Under the pieces are notes generated by a model. The model ran no database searches, was not told where the DNA came from, and worked only from the letters and a program-made list of their open reading frames with translations. This document shows positions 13,569-27,389 of a stretch of DNA of 64,000 nucleotides, piece by piece (position 1 is the stretch's first letter; each line of letters starts with the position of its first letter). The DNA is from Utricularia gibba (lineage: Eukaryota; Plantae; Magnoliophyta), in NCBI GenBank assembly GCA_002189035.1, contig CM007990.1, positions 2,666,001 to 2,730,000 on the forward strand, written 5' to 3'. The translations under genes were made by a program, and so were the position numbers.

Positions 13569-13867
13569 GCATTGTTAATTGCAAAAGCATCAAACATTCA
13601 ACAAAATCCTCATTTTGCATGGTGATAACATTCATTTTTCTAACTTAAAATTACTAAAGATTGATTCTCATTACGGGCAAGATGTTTCCCTAAAATAGGG
13701 AAATATATCAGAGCTATAAGATATACAATTAGAGTAGATGTTAAAAAGGGAAAGTCATGTCTTATCATTAATGAATTCTATACAAGTATATAAGTAATAA
13801 AGATGAATCAAACATGAAACTACATTTTGGTGAAGGAAAACATCTCCTAGAACAGAAAATTTTTCAC

Positions 13868-14683
13868 TATTATCGATCAGGAGTGATGTATAGGAACATA
13901 TCATGATTCCCGAGATGTAAGAATAATCAAATGAACTGATTGAGTCTTTCAATAACCTGACCAACCATCATGCAATAAATAACTTTTATCATATTTACAT
14001 CTCATTAGATGGTTGAACATGGTATATGTCTTTCTAATGTATCGAACTTATAATTGTATATGTCTTTGAGTGTCATTAACCTGGGCTCATGAACATCATA
14101 GCTAGTATAAGTGATGAATCATTTATTGATCAATCAACTATTTCTAACCTTAAGGATTCGCATCCCTTCTCATTTATACTATGCAAAACCATGGTTAGAC
14201 ACCCATTAGTGATGAAAAAAATGAGAGGTTAAGATCAAGATAACATTATTTATCTCAAGTCTAAGGTTATTTGTATGACTATCATATTCAAAATCTTGCT
14301 ACTAAGACTTAGTTTGCTTTCCATAGTAGTATCTTGAAGACGAGTCATCTAGTGAATCAATTCTCTAATCGAAACCGACACATTGATTCTAGTAATATCA
14401 TTACATCAATCGTGAGAGACATTGCCTAGATAATTTAGAGAACTCAATATGTGCCAACTTGTCTGTACTTGTGATATTCTCGTTTCATAAATAATTTGGA
14501 TAGAGAATTTTTAACATGAAAAAAAAAAGCTTCAAGAATCTCATATTATGATCTCATAAATAAAGCATATAAATTAAGTAGAAGATGTTATCATTAATAT
14601 AAATTGGATCACTATTCAAAATGAAATATTGAAATATAAGATTTTTCAATAAGTTGATTGTCTCTAGAACACATATACTAATA
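13868..14683 (-). mobile_element. Diverged partial Angela-like LTR (C3)
   Basis: ATTATCGATCAGGAGTGATG...GTTGATTGTCTCTAGAACACATATACTAATA matches the right half of C1/C2. Confidence 0.75.
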
Positions 14684-15579
14684 TTTGAAACATGAGAGAT
14701 CTTCAAAGACCCATAAAACATAGGAAGGGTAGGAAAATCGTCAATGGAGCTATGTGCTGTGCCACAAAAGACTATGAAAGTTGAAAGTCATTAGATTTTT
14801 TGGTGGTAGTGGCACCATGAATATTTTTCGTCTCCCAATTAGGCTATGAAAGCCTCAACCATGATTGCATTCGAATATTGCATTCTCTTTGAATTCTGTA
14901 CTAGGTGCCTCATACATGTGCCAATGATGTTTCAATATGGCTTCATAAATAATGCCACTAAATACAGAGCTCTCTTGTCATGTCTTAACGTACCACTTGA
15001 GATTGGGATCTCTAGAATTTAGTTGCAACTCAATTCATAGCTGTCAATGGGACATGAGGGTTAAGAATCATTGTTGAAGGTGTATCAATAAAAACTTGAA
15101 GTTTTCAGCACATGATTTAAGGAATTTTCTATTTAACTAGGTTACTGCTATCTTGCAAAGGTTGCAAAAACCATTGAAAATGTACGAGAGGGAAATGGTA
15201 TGGGTTTATGAATTTTCGCTGTTTTTATGAGGATTTTTGTAACATTGAATCACTTTAAGCATGAATAAGAAAAGCCACTAAAGAAACCAAGAGGTGATGA
15301 CCCAGAAAAAAGAAAATTAAAAGGTGCTCGTACACTAAAGAAAGATCTTTCATTATGCATTTCAAATTTACAAGAACAAGGAATTAGCAAGTACTTAAAA
15401 GCATGGAGGATTCATGCCTTCTTAGGGATGCTTTCCATTGCCAAAAAGTAAGTTTTTATTTCCTTACCATTTTCAAGTATTTATACATATATAGAGGTGA
15501 TAAGATGAGACTTCTTCTTTTTGATACATTTCTTTCTATGTCTTTGCCATAGGGATATATTCCTCCATTTTGGGTAAAA

Positions 15580-15800
15580 TGGTTGATGTTAATAAGCAGC
15601 ATAGAAATCTAGATAGAGCTTGAAGATCTATATGAGGTAGTGGGCTTTAGGGCATATACCTCGTCAAGCAATAAGGATAGCTCCTATTACTTTGAGATTC
15701 ATAGGTCTCTCATGCAATCTGATGGAAATCTCTTTGGTGATCCTAATTTGATGCAAGAAATAGGGTCTCTCATCAACGGAAATTTCCATTATGTCTTACC
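15580..15800 (+). pseudogene. Highly decayed Copia RT remnant
   Basis: LMQSDGNLFGDPNLMQEIGSLI resembles the Copia DG.L..DP.LYR.LVGSLIYL segment. Confidence 0.35.
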
Positions 15801-15816
15801 CATTTTGGGTTCTATC

Positions 15817-16850
15817 TGTTAGGTTTCTTGTAGATATTGTATGTTACAAAAGCAATGGAATTTCAAAATTTTTGAGAAACCCAAATCGTAGATCTTGGAA
15901 TACCACATACATCAGATAAAGCGACACTGAATGTACCTTTCAATGGACTCTGTTGTTCAACAAGTGCCAAAAGTACATAGTCTTTATGCTATTCGCACAT
16001 GAAGCACTTCATCGATAAAGTTCTCAAGGCAACAAAATGATGGTTGATTTACTTAGATGCTTGTAGAGAAAGTCACCCCTTTCAAATAAATCTAAAAAAG
16101 GATGAAGATATAAAAAAAATCCAGAAAAACGAATCTTTTATATTATCTTGTATAGATATTTGCCAATATATCTAATCAAATCTCCGTGAATATCTTTTCT
16201 CATGGAAATCGAAAAAATATATATATTCTCAAATCTTATTTATATAAGATCTTTTAATTTGAATTTAATCAATATTAATCTTAAAATAATTCTTTCTTTG
16301 ATTTATCCATTTTACCAATTGCATCTCAATAATTGTATTATTTTATTTTATATCGAGAAATGACTTCACTCTTGTGTGTGACTCTATAAGCTTATTCAAT
16401 CAAAACAATAATAATGAATTTGTTAATTAATTCTTAATTGATTAAATCTATATTTATTGATCATGAGTGATGCTTGACAACATTTCATAATCCCCAAAAT
16501 GTAAGAATAATTGAACTAATTGAGTTTTTCTATCACCAGTCACCATATAATAAACAGCTTTCATCAAACTTAAATCTCATTCGATACTAGAACATGAGTA
16601 TGTTTCTTTCTAATGCATCGAACTTATGTTTGTATTTTAGTACTAACATTAAATGACCTACTCAAACTCTTCGAGTGTCATTAACCTAAATCCAGGAATT
16701 ATTGTTAGGCTTGATGCAATACCTTGACATAAGGATTTGCATCCCTTCTCATTTATACTTGGTAAACTATGGTTAGACTCTCATTAGTGATGAGTGAAAA
16801 TGCAAGGTTAAGATCAAGATAACATTGTTGATCTCAAAACTAAGTTTACT
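15817..16850 (-). mobile_element. Diverged partial Angela-like LTR (C4)
   Basis: Starts TGTTAGGTTTCTTG; aligns with the left two-thirds of C1/C2 up to GTTAAGATCAAGATAAC. Confidence 0.75.
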
Positions 16851-17429
16851 TGAACTCCAAAATGACCTATTACACTCCGAATTTAAGCTGAATATAGGAA
16901 GCAAAGGTTTCTACATCATCAAGGGTGCTCAATAGGTGAATGACCTATGAAGCTAAGACATCAATTCCATTCGGAGTTCTCTCTAAAGTATTTTTAAAGA
17001 CAATAAATTAGTATTTTTTTTATCCTAGAAATAGTTCAATATGATTGTGGTTAATTGTACCTTCCCAAATTTCAAAGTGTTGCTTTGTCTTCCATAGTTC
17101 AAATTAGGTGGTGTGACAATTCACCCTAATCAAATCCTTAGACCTTGTTAACCATAAATCACATCACTTCCTTAACAAATCAAGATAGATCCAAGAGGAG
17201 GAAGTAGTGAAACTCATCCTAACAACCCTAATTAGACATACACTGAAGATTAGGAGGGAAGAACAAGACTTTTTTTGTTAGATGTTTGATTTGTAGTTTA
17301 GGGGAGAGTTTTTTTAGATGAAAATAGCTAACACCTCATCCCGTCTATCTTTAGTGGTGTTCCCCTTTTAATATCTAAAAAACTTAAATGTTGGTGGGAG
17401 AACACATTACAATACATATTTCATGAGTA

Positions 17430-17560
17430 ACTCCTCTCCCTCATGTTCACATGATGGATCTCCATGACCTATCTGATGTGATCTATTTCTTGGGGGTAGA
17501 AAAAGCAACATCATCATATGCTAAAGCTCTCAATCAGACAATCGGCTTTCATGACTCAAC
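17430..17560 (+). pseudogene. Decayed Copia RT remnant
   Basis: MMDLHDLSDVIYFLGVE resembles FEMKDLG.L.YFLGIEV. Confidence 0.4.
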
Positions 17561-17924
17561 ACGACCGACTAGGTTCATCTATTCAACCTTATGTGAAGTG
17601 AAGGACTTAGTGGGTTTTTCCTTGTTAAATGGTCTCTTGTGAAATGCTTCCTTGTTGGGTATTTCCTAAATTGGAGATGACTCTCACTAAAATCTTTGTT
17701 GTTGGATGTGGTTTAACTGTAATTCTAAAAAAAAAAAAAGATTGATTTTTCTTCTTAAAAAATTATTATTTAATACAAAAATTACTTATTATGTATGTGA
17801 GTGATAAAAAAAAGATAATTATATAGTTAAATTTATTTAGAATATTATCCAAATGGTTCATTTTGATTTTTTTTTACCTATGGCAAAAAATTTTATGCAA
17901 TTATTTAAAACTATTTAATTGGAG

Positions 17925-18096
17925 TGTTGGAATATATATTATGTGCCTGATTATGTATTAATTGAATAGTAAATACAATTTATGTGTCAGTATAAAATTG
18001 TGGGTGATTGTGAGAACAACTACTTTACTTTCAACTTTCAAAGAATAAGCTTGCTTCTGCATTTTTCCACAAATTTGCAATCTTCAATTCTAAACT
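17925..18096 (+). repeat. Copia 5' LTR (172 bp, TG...CT)
   Basis: TGTTGGAATATATATTATG...CCACAAATTTGCAATCTTCAATTCTAAACT. Confidence 0.8.
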
Positions 18097-18223
18097 TGGT
18101 AGTATAGCCATCTTGTGCTCTTCTTCTTCTTCTTATCTTCTTCTTCTAGTTCTTCTTTTTACGGCTTCCCTCGATAATTTTATGTGAGCTATTTTGATTG
18201 CTTCCATCAGGTAGATAGAGAAG

Positions 18224-19912
18224 ATGGAAAATGCATCAACAAATTGAAGCATTGTTGCCCATCAAGATGTGACACCAGTAATAGTCGAGCTACCACCCCT
18301 AGAAAAATTAAGCAAGAAGGTAAATGCAATTACTTAAGTTGGTCTTGACGAGTTAACCTTCGACTTCAAATGAAGAACTTGGAGAAGTTCATCAAGGAAG
18401 AGAAAGAGAAAACCGCTTGGAATGTGAAAAATTCATTGATTATTTCTTGGTTTTTGACATCAGTATCGCCATCGATCCCTACCATTGTAGAATTCATCCC
18501 TCAAGCAATTGATGAGTGGAAAATGCTGGAAAAGATGTATTTCAGATCAGGTAGCATCATGATAATGGCTGAAGTTGAAGACAAGATTGATAGTTGCATA
18601 CAAGGGGATCGTTCAATAATTGAGTATGCCATTGAATTGAAGGTTATATGGCCTGACCTTGACCACTATGATTCATTAAATTGACTTGCTCCAAGGATAT
18701 AATTTTATGCAAGCAGTGTGTTGAGTGAAGGAGAGTGATTAAATTCCTTAAGGGCTTGAATTCACAGTTTGAGACTCAACGGAGAAGAAGTTATAGCAAA
18801 AATTGAGCAAGAAGAGATTCGACAGACAGTCATGACAAGTAGGCACTTACCCCCAATGAGATCAGCTCTGGTTAATTTGGAAGCCACAACAAAGAGGAAA
18901 GGAAATGCTATAATTGTAGAAACAAAGGCCATTTGATCTATGATTGTCCACTTCCAAGGAAAGCTCCCACAATGGTCAAGTTCACTTGGTAGAGGCCGTG
19001 GAGGTAGGAGAGATCAAAGCGGAAGGGGCTCATAAAATGGTCAAGTTCACCTGGTCACTAAAGATACTCTTATTGAACATGCACAAGCTCAAATGCTAAC
19101 TAAATTAGAGAAGTTGAGACAATTCAAAAAATAGAATGAACAAGCACAGAGTAGCTGCCACATCTAGAAATCATGAGGTTAACAGAAGCTTTATTGGATA
19201 TGCGAATGCAGACTTAGATACTGAAGAACAAGTCCTTAGTTTAAATGCATCTACTAGAGATTGGATTGTAGATTCAGGTGCCTCATGACATATGACTGAT
19301 GATCAATCAGTATTTGACTCATATATCACTAAGATCAGTAAACAAAAAACCTCGATGCAAACTGTTGATGGGACTTCTCAATCAATTAGTGGAAGTAGTG
19401 TAGTGCACTACACACCTTTCATCACCCTATCTAAAGTCTTACATGCAACATAATTCCCTATTAATTTTCTATTTCTTATTGGGCTCGTAGATGAATTGAA
19501 TTTTTTGTTATTTTGATGAAGATAAGTGTTATTTTCAAGAAAAAAGCATTGAAAACAGACTTGCGATTGGCATAAGCATGATGGATTATGGTTTCTGGAC
19601 AAAAGAGTGTCTTCTTTCACAACTAATGTGGTGATTGAAAGTAAGATCATGTTACAACAATGAAAAGTGAGCCACCCCTCTTTTATTAGTATGGCTTATT
19701 TATATCTAGAATTGAAGAAGGTGGTAAATAGAAGTAAACTCTTTTGTGAGACATATAAATTGAGTAAATTACATGAATACATTGTTTATGTAGGAAATGT
19801 GAGTTCAAAGCCATTTCATCTTGTACATTCTAACGTTTGCATACTGTGTCCTATTATGTTGAATAATGAATTTAGGCGGTTTGTTACTTTTATTGATTAT
19901 AAAAAATAACAT
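18224..19912 (+). pseudogene. Copia gag, protease and start of integrase
   Basis: AWNVKNSLIISWFLTSVSPSI...ELKVIWPDLDHY; WIVDSGAS*HMT; SKPFHLVHSNV...FVTFIDY. Confidence 0.8.
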
Positions 19913-20088
19913 ATAAATTTTCCTATCTTTAGGATATAAAAGTGACTTTTTATTTATGTTATAGGTATCTATTTTATGATTTTAAAGGTTTTTCCAAAAT
20001 TAGGGATGCATATGATTTTTCATATATATTTTCTAAATCCTTTGATTTAGATCATTCAATATTATTAACTCTTTTTAACCATAGCACC

Positions 20089-20421
20089 TGTTGTGGGAAA
20101 AATCGATGTTCGATAGGGGGCAGATTTTACGGTGATGAGTGCAATTGGGAATATCACACTTAATCGCGTTTTTCACGATTGGTTCGATTGAAATGAGAGT
20201 AAGCGAAGATTTTTACATGGAAACCGCCGGAAGACGGAAAAACCACAGAGCTATTGCAGCTCGCCGGAAAAGATTTTCACTAGACAGAGGTGGCGAAGAA
20301 GAGGATACAAGTTGAAGAGTCCTTCCAGTCCAACACTCTTTTCATCATAGTTCCTTCTATTTATAGTTCCAGTCCAGCTTTATAGAAGCCGATTAACCTT
20401 GGCCGACTTTATCCCCCATCA
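20089..20421 (-). repeat. Retand-like 3' LTR
   Basis: First ~278 bp (plus-strand coordinates) align with 27010-27287; minus-strand start TGATGGGGGATAA. Right boundary is inferred. Confidence 0.6.
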
Positions 20422-21901
20422 TTCAGTCCCTCTGATTCGCCGATAGTAGCCCTTTCGGGGTGAATTGGGGGATCAGAACTATTACGATACCGATTCCTGA
20501 ACTGCCACTTCCCCAAAATAAGCCACATGCCACTTTGGACCGATACCTCTGCCACGCGCCGGCTCATAAACACTCCACGTTTTTTCCCGCTCATTCTGGG
20601 TACCTCAAACGTCACAACCCTTTGCTTCCGAATTTTCCCACATAAATAACCGCTCCTTGCGTCAGTTCTTTCCTTTGCCCTCTTTGTTACCTGAAAGATT
20701 CTTGCGCTCTCCATACTCCGTCACACTAGTCCGCTGCTCGACCTTCGGAAACCACCAATTTCCCAGGTACCATTCGATTCTTCGTCCTTTCTGTTCGGTT
20801 TTCTGAGATTTTTGACGGATTCCCTTTTTCTTTCTGAGTCCTTCACGATTCCTGACTCCTGTCTTGTTCTAGGGTTTTTGGCTTAAAAAAGATTTTGAAA
20901 AAATTGAAAAAATCTCCTACTCATCTGGGCTTTTGTGATCCAGGGGGAGGGTGTCTTTTTTCCAAGCCTTTGGTTGGGCTTTTTGATTTTGGTTTGTCTT
21001 AGTATTTCCTCATACGAGCTGAACCGCTGCTAGGGAAGTAGCTCGGAACCCCTCATGGGTTGAGCGACTTCTCCAATCCGAAAGGGCCCTCTTCTGGCCG
21101 AACCCCATTGTTTTGAACATGGGTGGATTTGCTTTGGGTGCTGTTGTCGTCTCAAGATTTCGACAATAAGGTCAATACTTAAGGGCTTTTCGGGGCTTAC
21201 GCGTGCGGTTTACAGAAATCGGTGCCCGAATTGTACCAAGGCTTTTTGGGAGATCCCTCATATATATATCAGGGAAGCCCCGAGTAGATTTGCTGTATCC
21301 CGCAGGGGATGCTGATTCAGGAGATTACCCTGGGCTTACGTTACTTGGCCAGAGCTTATGGTTTAGATCTTTGAGGGTGGGCTTACGCGACTCGGCCAGG
21401 GCTTATGGTTTCGTTTACCCATTTCCACTTTGGAGGAATTTATAGGCGCTTGAGTGTTTTGAGGAAGAGAATACCGAATTCTGCGCAAACCTGTGATGGA
21501 GATTGATATTGAGCCAGTTAGGCGTAGAATTTCCTTAGGTGGGATGCATTCCACGACCTTGGGAATTCCACGCCATCTAACTATTCTAGACGATACGCTC
21601 CTTTTCCGATCACCCTCGAAATCCGATAAGGGCCTTCCCAATTGCGGTCTAACTTTCCAGCATGTCTCTGTGGTTGGATGCTTCGAAGCACCAAATCTCC
21701 TTCAGAGAATTCCCTTGGGTATACCGACTTGTTGTAACTCTTCTCCGTTCTTCTCTGATAAGCCCCTAGTCAGTTATAGACGCTTTGTCGTTTTTCCTCC
21801 AACAGCTCCAACTCCAGTTTTCGCAGGTCAGCATTTTCCTCTTCATTGTAGTGCTCCACCCGGTAGCTTTTCAGGGTTAGTTCAATCGAGCATTCGGCTT
21901 T

Positions 21902-24900
21902 TCAGGGAGACTCTTCCGTGGTGGTTCGAGGGGTGGTGCGATACGACCCCAACACCTCCTCCAATCGATCTGCCCATGACCCTCCGAAATCCTCAAGCTT
22001 AGTCTTCATACCTAGTCTGAGCGTTCGGTTTGTTACCTCCGTGAGACCATTGCTCTGCGGGTGATACACCGAAGTGAAGTTGTGCTTGACCGAATATTTA
22101 TCTAGGAATGCATCCATTCTTCCTCCAGCGAATTGGGTTCCATTATCAGTCACTAGTTCTTGAGGATCCCCGAACCGGATGAAGATATTTCTCCACAGAA
22201 ATCGAATAACGGTCTCCTCTGATATTTTTGCCACGGCTTCAGGCTCTACCATTTGGAGAAATATTCGACTCACACGATGACAAATTTCCTTTGGCCTGAG
22301 GTTTGGGGAACAGCCCCATAATATCCACTCCCCACCGATCGAACGTGCATGAGAATGGAAGAGAGTTCAGGCCGTTTACCGGTTTTCTTGGTATACTTTC
22401 ATGGTATTGGCATACTTTGCACTTCTTCACCATTTCGGTAATATCCCGCTTCATAGTTGGCCAATAATATCTAGTTCTCAAAGCTTTCCTGAACAAGGAT
22501 CGTATCCTCACGTGGCTATCACGTTCCCCTTCATGCAGATCGGTTATAAGTTCTTGAGAGTGCTTTGTCCCGATACACCTCAATAGGGGTCCATCTAACG
22601 ATCTTCGATAGAGAATTCCGTTTATCAGCGTATATCTCTTTGTCTTAATCTCCAGTTGTCGGGCTTCCGCTTTACCGAGAGGCTTTTCTCCGTTCTGCAG
22701 GTATCGGATGTAGGGTGATGTCCAATCTTCAGGGAGGCTCAGCTGCGGAGAGATGTCGTTTCCTAATCGTTGGGTAATATGATTCACCGCCCGCAAAGTT
22801 ACCGAAGGCTGGTCCCGCAATCGGATCGTCACGCTCCCTTCCTTTAATCCCGGAAAAGCCGCTGCAAATCGGGCAAGGCTGTCCCCGGATCCATTATCCT
22901 CGCGTGCGACATGCGACAAAGTGTACTCCTTGAAGGTCCTTGCTAACTCCTTCACCTTAGCACAGTACAGAGTCATCAGGGGGTCGTGGGTTTCATATTC
23001 ATCCGAATACTATCCTTGTACTAGCCGTGAGTCCGTATAAACTTCGAGCTCTGCAACACCAAGCTCCCTGGCAATTTTCATCCCTTCGACCAAGGCCTCA
23101 TATTCGACTACATTGTTCGAGGTGGGGAATAGGAACTTCACCGTGATGTACATATGTTCTCCGTCTAGAGTTCAGATATCGATTCCCCACCGGCCCCATT
23201 GTATGTGGAGCCGTCGACATACATTGGCCATCGGTCGTTGGTCTCTACGAAACGGTCAATAGGTCTGGTCATTTCAATCACAAAATCGGCGAGAGGTTGG
23301 GCCTTGATCGCTGTTCTCGACTTAAATTCAATATCCATCGTACTCAATTCGACCGCCCACTTAGCAATGCTTCCGGAAATCTCTGGTCGAGATAGGATAT
23401 TCTTCAGAGGCTGATTTGTGAACACCACGACGTGCCGATCTTGGAAATATGACCTTAACTTGGAGGCCACCATCTTTAGTGCCAAGATGAATTTTTCTGT
23501 CACCGTATACCGGGTTTCAGCCGGTAATAGGACCTTGCTCACATAATAAACCGACAAGTGTTTATCTACCAAGATGGTTGTCAAAACTGTGCTGACCACA
23601 AAAGGTGATATGGATAAATATAGTCCTAGGGGCTCCCTTTCCTTCGGAGCTACAAGAAGCGGGGGTGATGAGAGATATTCTTTGAGCTTCTCAAAGGCAA
23701 TCCGGCAATCCTCGTTCCATTCTAAAGTATTTCCCTTTCGCAAGGCCTTGAAGAAAGATGCCACTTGTCGGCCGACCGAGAGATGAATCGGCTGAGGGCA
23801 GCCAATTTACCCGTGAGACTTTGGTACTCCTTGATTGTTCTTGGGGGTTGCATTTCGCATATTGCCTTAATCTTCTCGGGGTCTGCTTCGATTCTTCTCT
23901 CCGATACATCATACTCAAGGAATTTTCCACTTTGTATTGCGAAGCAACACTTCAGCAAGTTGAGCTTTAACCCGTACGACCGACATAGAGAGAAGCAAGA
24001 GTCCAAATACGCTAAATGGTCGTCCTCATTCATAGATTTCACGATCATATCGTCTACATATACCTCCATCGAGGTACCGATTTCAGAAGAAAATATTTTA
24101 TTCACCAACCTCTGATAAGTCACCCTAGCATTCTTCAAACCAAAGGGCATCGCCACGTAGTAGTAAACCCCATCCTTGGTGTAAAAGGTGGTTTTCGGTT
24201 GGTCCTTCATGGCAACGAAGATTTGGTAATACCCCGAATAGGCGTCCATGGTGCTCAGAAATCGGGATCCGGCGATGGCATCCTCTAGCTTGTCAATCTT
24301 TGGCAAGGGTAAGGGTCCCTTTCACAGCAGGCATTGAGGTCGGTGAAGTCTACGCACATTCTCCACTTTCCACCGGGCTTCGGGACGACGGCTGGGTTGG
24401 CTACCCATTCGGAGTACTGTATCTCCCTTACGTAACCAGCTTCTAGGAGCTCCCTCGTCTTTTCCTTGATAATTCGGCATTTTTCCTCGGAGAAATGCCG
24501 TTGCTTCTGTCGAACTGGTTTTGCCCCCGGGTAAGTATCGTGATGCTCAGCAACGGACCGATCAATGCCTACAAAGTCTGTAGCAGTCCAGGCAAAAATA
24601 TCGGCGCGCTTCATCAAAAGTTCAACTAACCTCTCCTCGAATACGGTGCCTAGATTAGCACCAATGCGGGTTGCCTTCTGTGCATTTCCTGGCCCTAGTT
24701 GCACCGACTTATACCCCACCGGTTCCATTGCTGGTCTGGGAGGTTCTCAGGGTTCCCTTTCTACATTCATCACCCTTGGTTTTTACGTGCAGGGGTCAAG
24801 ATACATAACAGGACCGGGCGGTTGGTTGGTCAATGTCCATCGTGTAGATGCCCCTCGATGTCAGAAATTTAATTTTTAAATGCACAGTGGAGGGTAACAT

Positions 24901-26943
24901 ACCGAATTGGTTGATGCCGGGTCGCCCGAGAATGATATTGTATGAGACCTCCGAATCCAGGATCAAGAACTCCAAACTCTCGGTTCAGCTCCGCCCTACC
25001 GCTCCGAATTTTACAGGCAGGATTATTTTCCCAGTAGTTTGCACGGCCCGCTGGTCGAATGCGTATAATTCCATGCGCGCATGGTGGATATTTCCCTCGT
25101 TGGATGACGCCAATAAGTTGGCTACTTCTTTCTTCATGATGTTGCACGAGGATCCTTGATCAATAAGAATCCTCCTTGCTTTGGTGCTCCCGCATAATCC
25201 TGATACCACCAAAGGCTTGTTTCTTGTGGCTGGGTTGACCGGAATGTCTCTGTCGGAGAAGCTGACCTCTTCCTTTTCCCAAGCGGCTTTCCCATTCGAA
25301 CTACTCCCGATCACATGGAACTTCTCCTATTCTGGCTTCATCCAAATATCTCTTCCATGCTTTCCCTGATGCATCCATCTCGGTTCCTCCGGATATCACA
25401 TGGATTTCCCGAATATAGGGGGACTACCCCGCATTTGATGGGCGTTCCTTGAACTTTCCGGTACGTCTTGTCCTCCTCCGGGACTCGGTTCCCTGTTGGC
25501 TCTGGGATTTTCCCTCACTGGTTTCGGGGGGAACTTCGGATATCGGTTACCCTCACTCCTCAGGTGCTCATTAAATCCCCTTTTTCTTTCCGTCACTTGC
25601 GTAGGGTTCCGTGTCGTGTTGTTTGTTCCCCCGCTGGCATGATATTGTTCAACCAACCTTTTCATTATCCGACAGTCAGCCATATTGTGCCCTGTTGTTT
25701 TGTGTATCTCACAATAGGCATTCGTTTTGGTCGGTTCCACCTGATATACTTCACAGTGCTTATTTGACCAGACGGATCTCAACACGGCTCTTCACTTCGG
25801 CCCTGAGGTCATCATCCACCCAGATGTACTTCATGATTTTCCTTAGCAATTCCTCGAGGTTTTTTTTGGGGGGGGGGGGGGGGAGGGGGGGAGTTAGATA
25901 GACTCTGCCCTAACTTTGATGTTCCCAGGGCTCGCTTCATTATTTCCACCCTCTCCTTTAAATCCAGCTGGACGTCTTGCACTTGGCAGTTAAATCGGTC
26001 AACGAATCTTCTCAAACTCTCTTTTCGGTGGTCATACCGAATAGAGTACAGCGCTGCCTTCGAAGGTGGAGCTTCAATGTTGACAGCGTATCGGGTAGTG
26101 AAGAGCAGCACTAACTCCCGATAGGATGCCACACTGCATGGTTCTAATTGTTTAAACCAAGTCTTTGCTCCCTTTTGGAGCGAGCAAGCGAACATCTTAC
26201 ACTTCATGGCTTCTGAATGTCGAACCGTGGACATCCTCATATCAAAGTCGGTTACGTGTGATATGGGGTCCCCTTTTCCGTCAAACGTGGGTAATTCATC
26301 TGGGACTCTGAATCCTCACTCAGGCTCTTCCTCGACTAAATCGTCCAAGAAAGTGTCAAAGCGCAGCGCTATAGTCCCAGCTGCTCCCTCAACTCCACTC
26401 TTCAAGGCCAGAGCAATATCAGCCAGAACATCCCCTCTCCCGGTGGATACGTTCTGGTTGAAAACATCCCTGAAGCCCCTATCCTCTCTTCTCCCAGATG
26501 ACATCCGTTTGTCGATAAGTCTTCTCCTCTCACGGATCTGGTCTAACTCTCTCTTCATCTCTTCTTCCTTTTTTTTCAAGATCTCGCTCGTCATGTTTTC
26601 CTTATCGATTCCAGGCTCATATATGACTATCGATTCCAGGCTCATATATGACTTGGTTGTGCCTTTTCCTTCATAGTATCTCCTCTTCAGTTTCGGACTC
26701 AGTCTCGGTGTCTGAGGGGTATTCCGGAACCAGGGGATGCTTCTCTGCTCATGGTGCGGTTTCAGGTGTCCCCTCCTGGGCGTTAGAGTTGAGGCCCAAA
26801 GGCGTCCTGAAATCGGTGAGGATTTCCGTTAGAAGGGCCTTTAGCTGTTTCCTGCTGGTGATCATAAGGCCAAGGTCTTGTGCGCTGGCGCTTCCGTCGT
26901 GGACCGGGTTGGTGGCTGTGCTATTTTCCGCCATGATCAACAC
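21902..26943 (-). pseudogene. Retand-like gag-pol, frameshifted
   Basis: KGAKTWFKQL (gag); RRILIDQGSSCNIM (protease); KWRMCVDFTDLN and YVDD (RT); second RNase H ending DSLARFAA; ELVTDNGTQF...HPQSNGLTE (integrase). Confidence 0.9.
26603..26652. repeat. Perfect 25-bp tandem duplication that frameshifts gag
   Basis: TATCGATTCCAGGCTCATATATGAC twice. Confidence 0.9.
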
Positions 26944-27009
26944 TTAGTGATTAACTCTCGTGGATTTCACCAGTGGGGTTGTAGATCTGCCACACGATGG
27001 GCACCAAAA

Positions 27010-27342
27010 TGTTGTGGGTAAAATCAATTTCCAATGGTGGGCCGATTTTACGGTGATGAGTGCAATCGGGAATATCACACTTAATCGCGTTTCTCATGGT
27101 TGGTTCGATTGAAATGAGAGTAAGTGAAGATTTTTACGTGGAAACCGCCGGAAGACGGAAAAACCACGGAGCTATCGGAGCTTGTCGGAAAAGATTTTCA
27201 CTAGATGGAGGTGGCGAAGAAGAGGATACAAGTTGAAGAGTCCTTCTAGTCCAACACTCTTTTCGTCATAATTCCTTCTATTTATAGAAGGGCTCAACCT
27301 GACCGAATCCTGACATCTGCAAATGTCGGTTGCTTTCTGACA
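27010..27342 (-). repeat. Retand-like 5' LTR
   Basis: TGTTGTGGGTAAAATC... adjacent to the PBS; right boundary uncertain. Confidence 0.65.
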
Positions 27343-27389
27343 TATGGAAATGTATTTTTATTGTTAAAATTCTAGAAATTTCTGTTTAT

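Larger units (their letters stand above)
20089..27342 (-). mobile_element. Tat-clade Gypsy (Retand-like) retrotransposon
   Basis: LTR-like repeats at 20089 and 27010; PBS TGGTGCCCATCGTGTGG (26990-27006, tRNA-Lys-like); gag-PR-RT-RH-aRH-INT order; ~1.5-kb spacer before the 3' LTR. Confidence 0.85.

Noticed and set aside
21493-22002. 169-aa plus-strand ORF as a Retand antisense gene
   Set aside because: No recognisable domain; it overlaps the integrase end and is probably a chance antisense frame.
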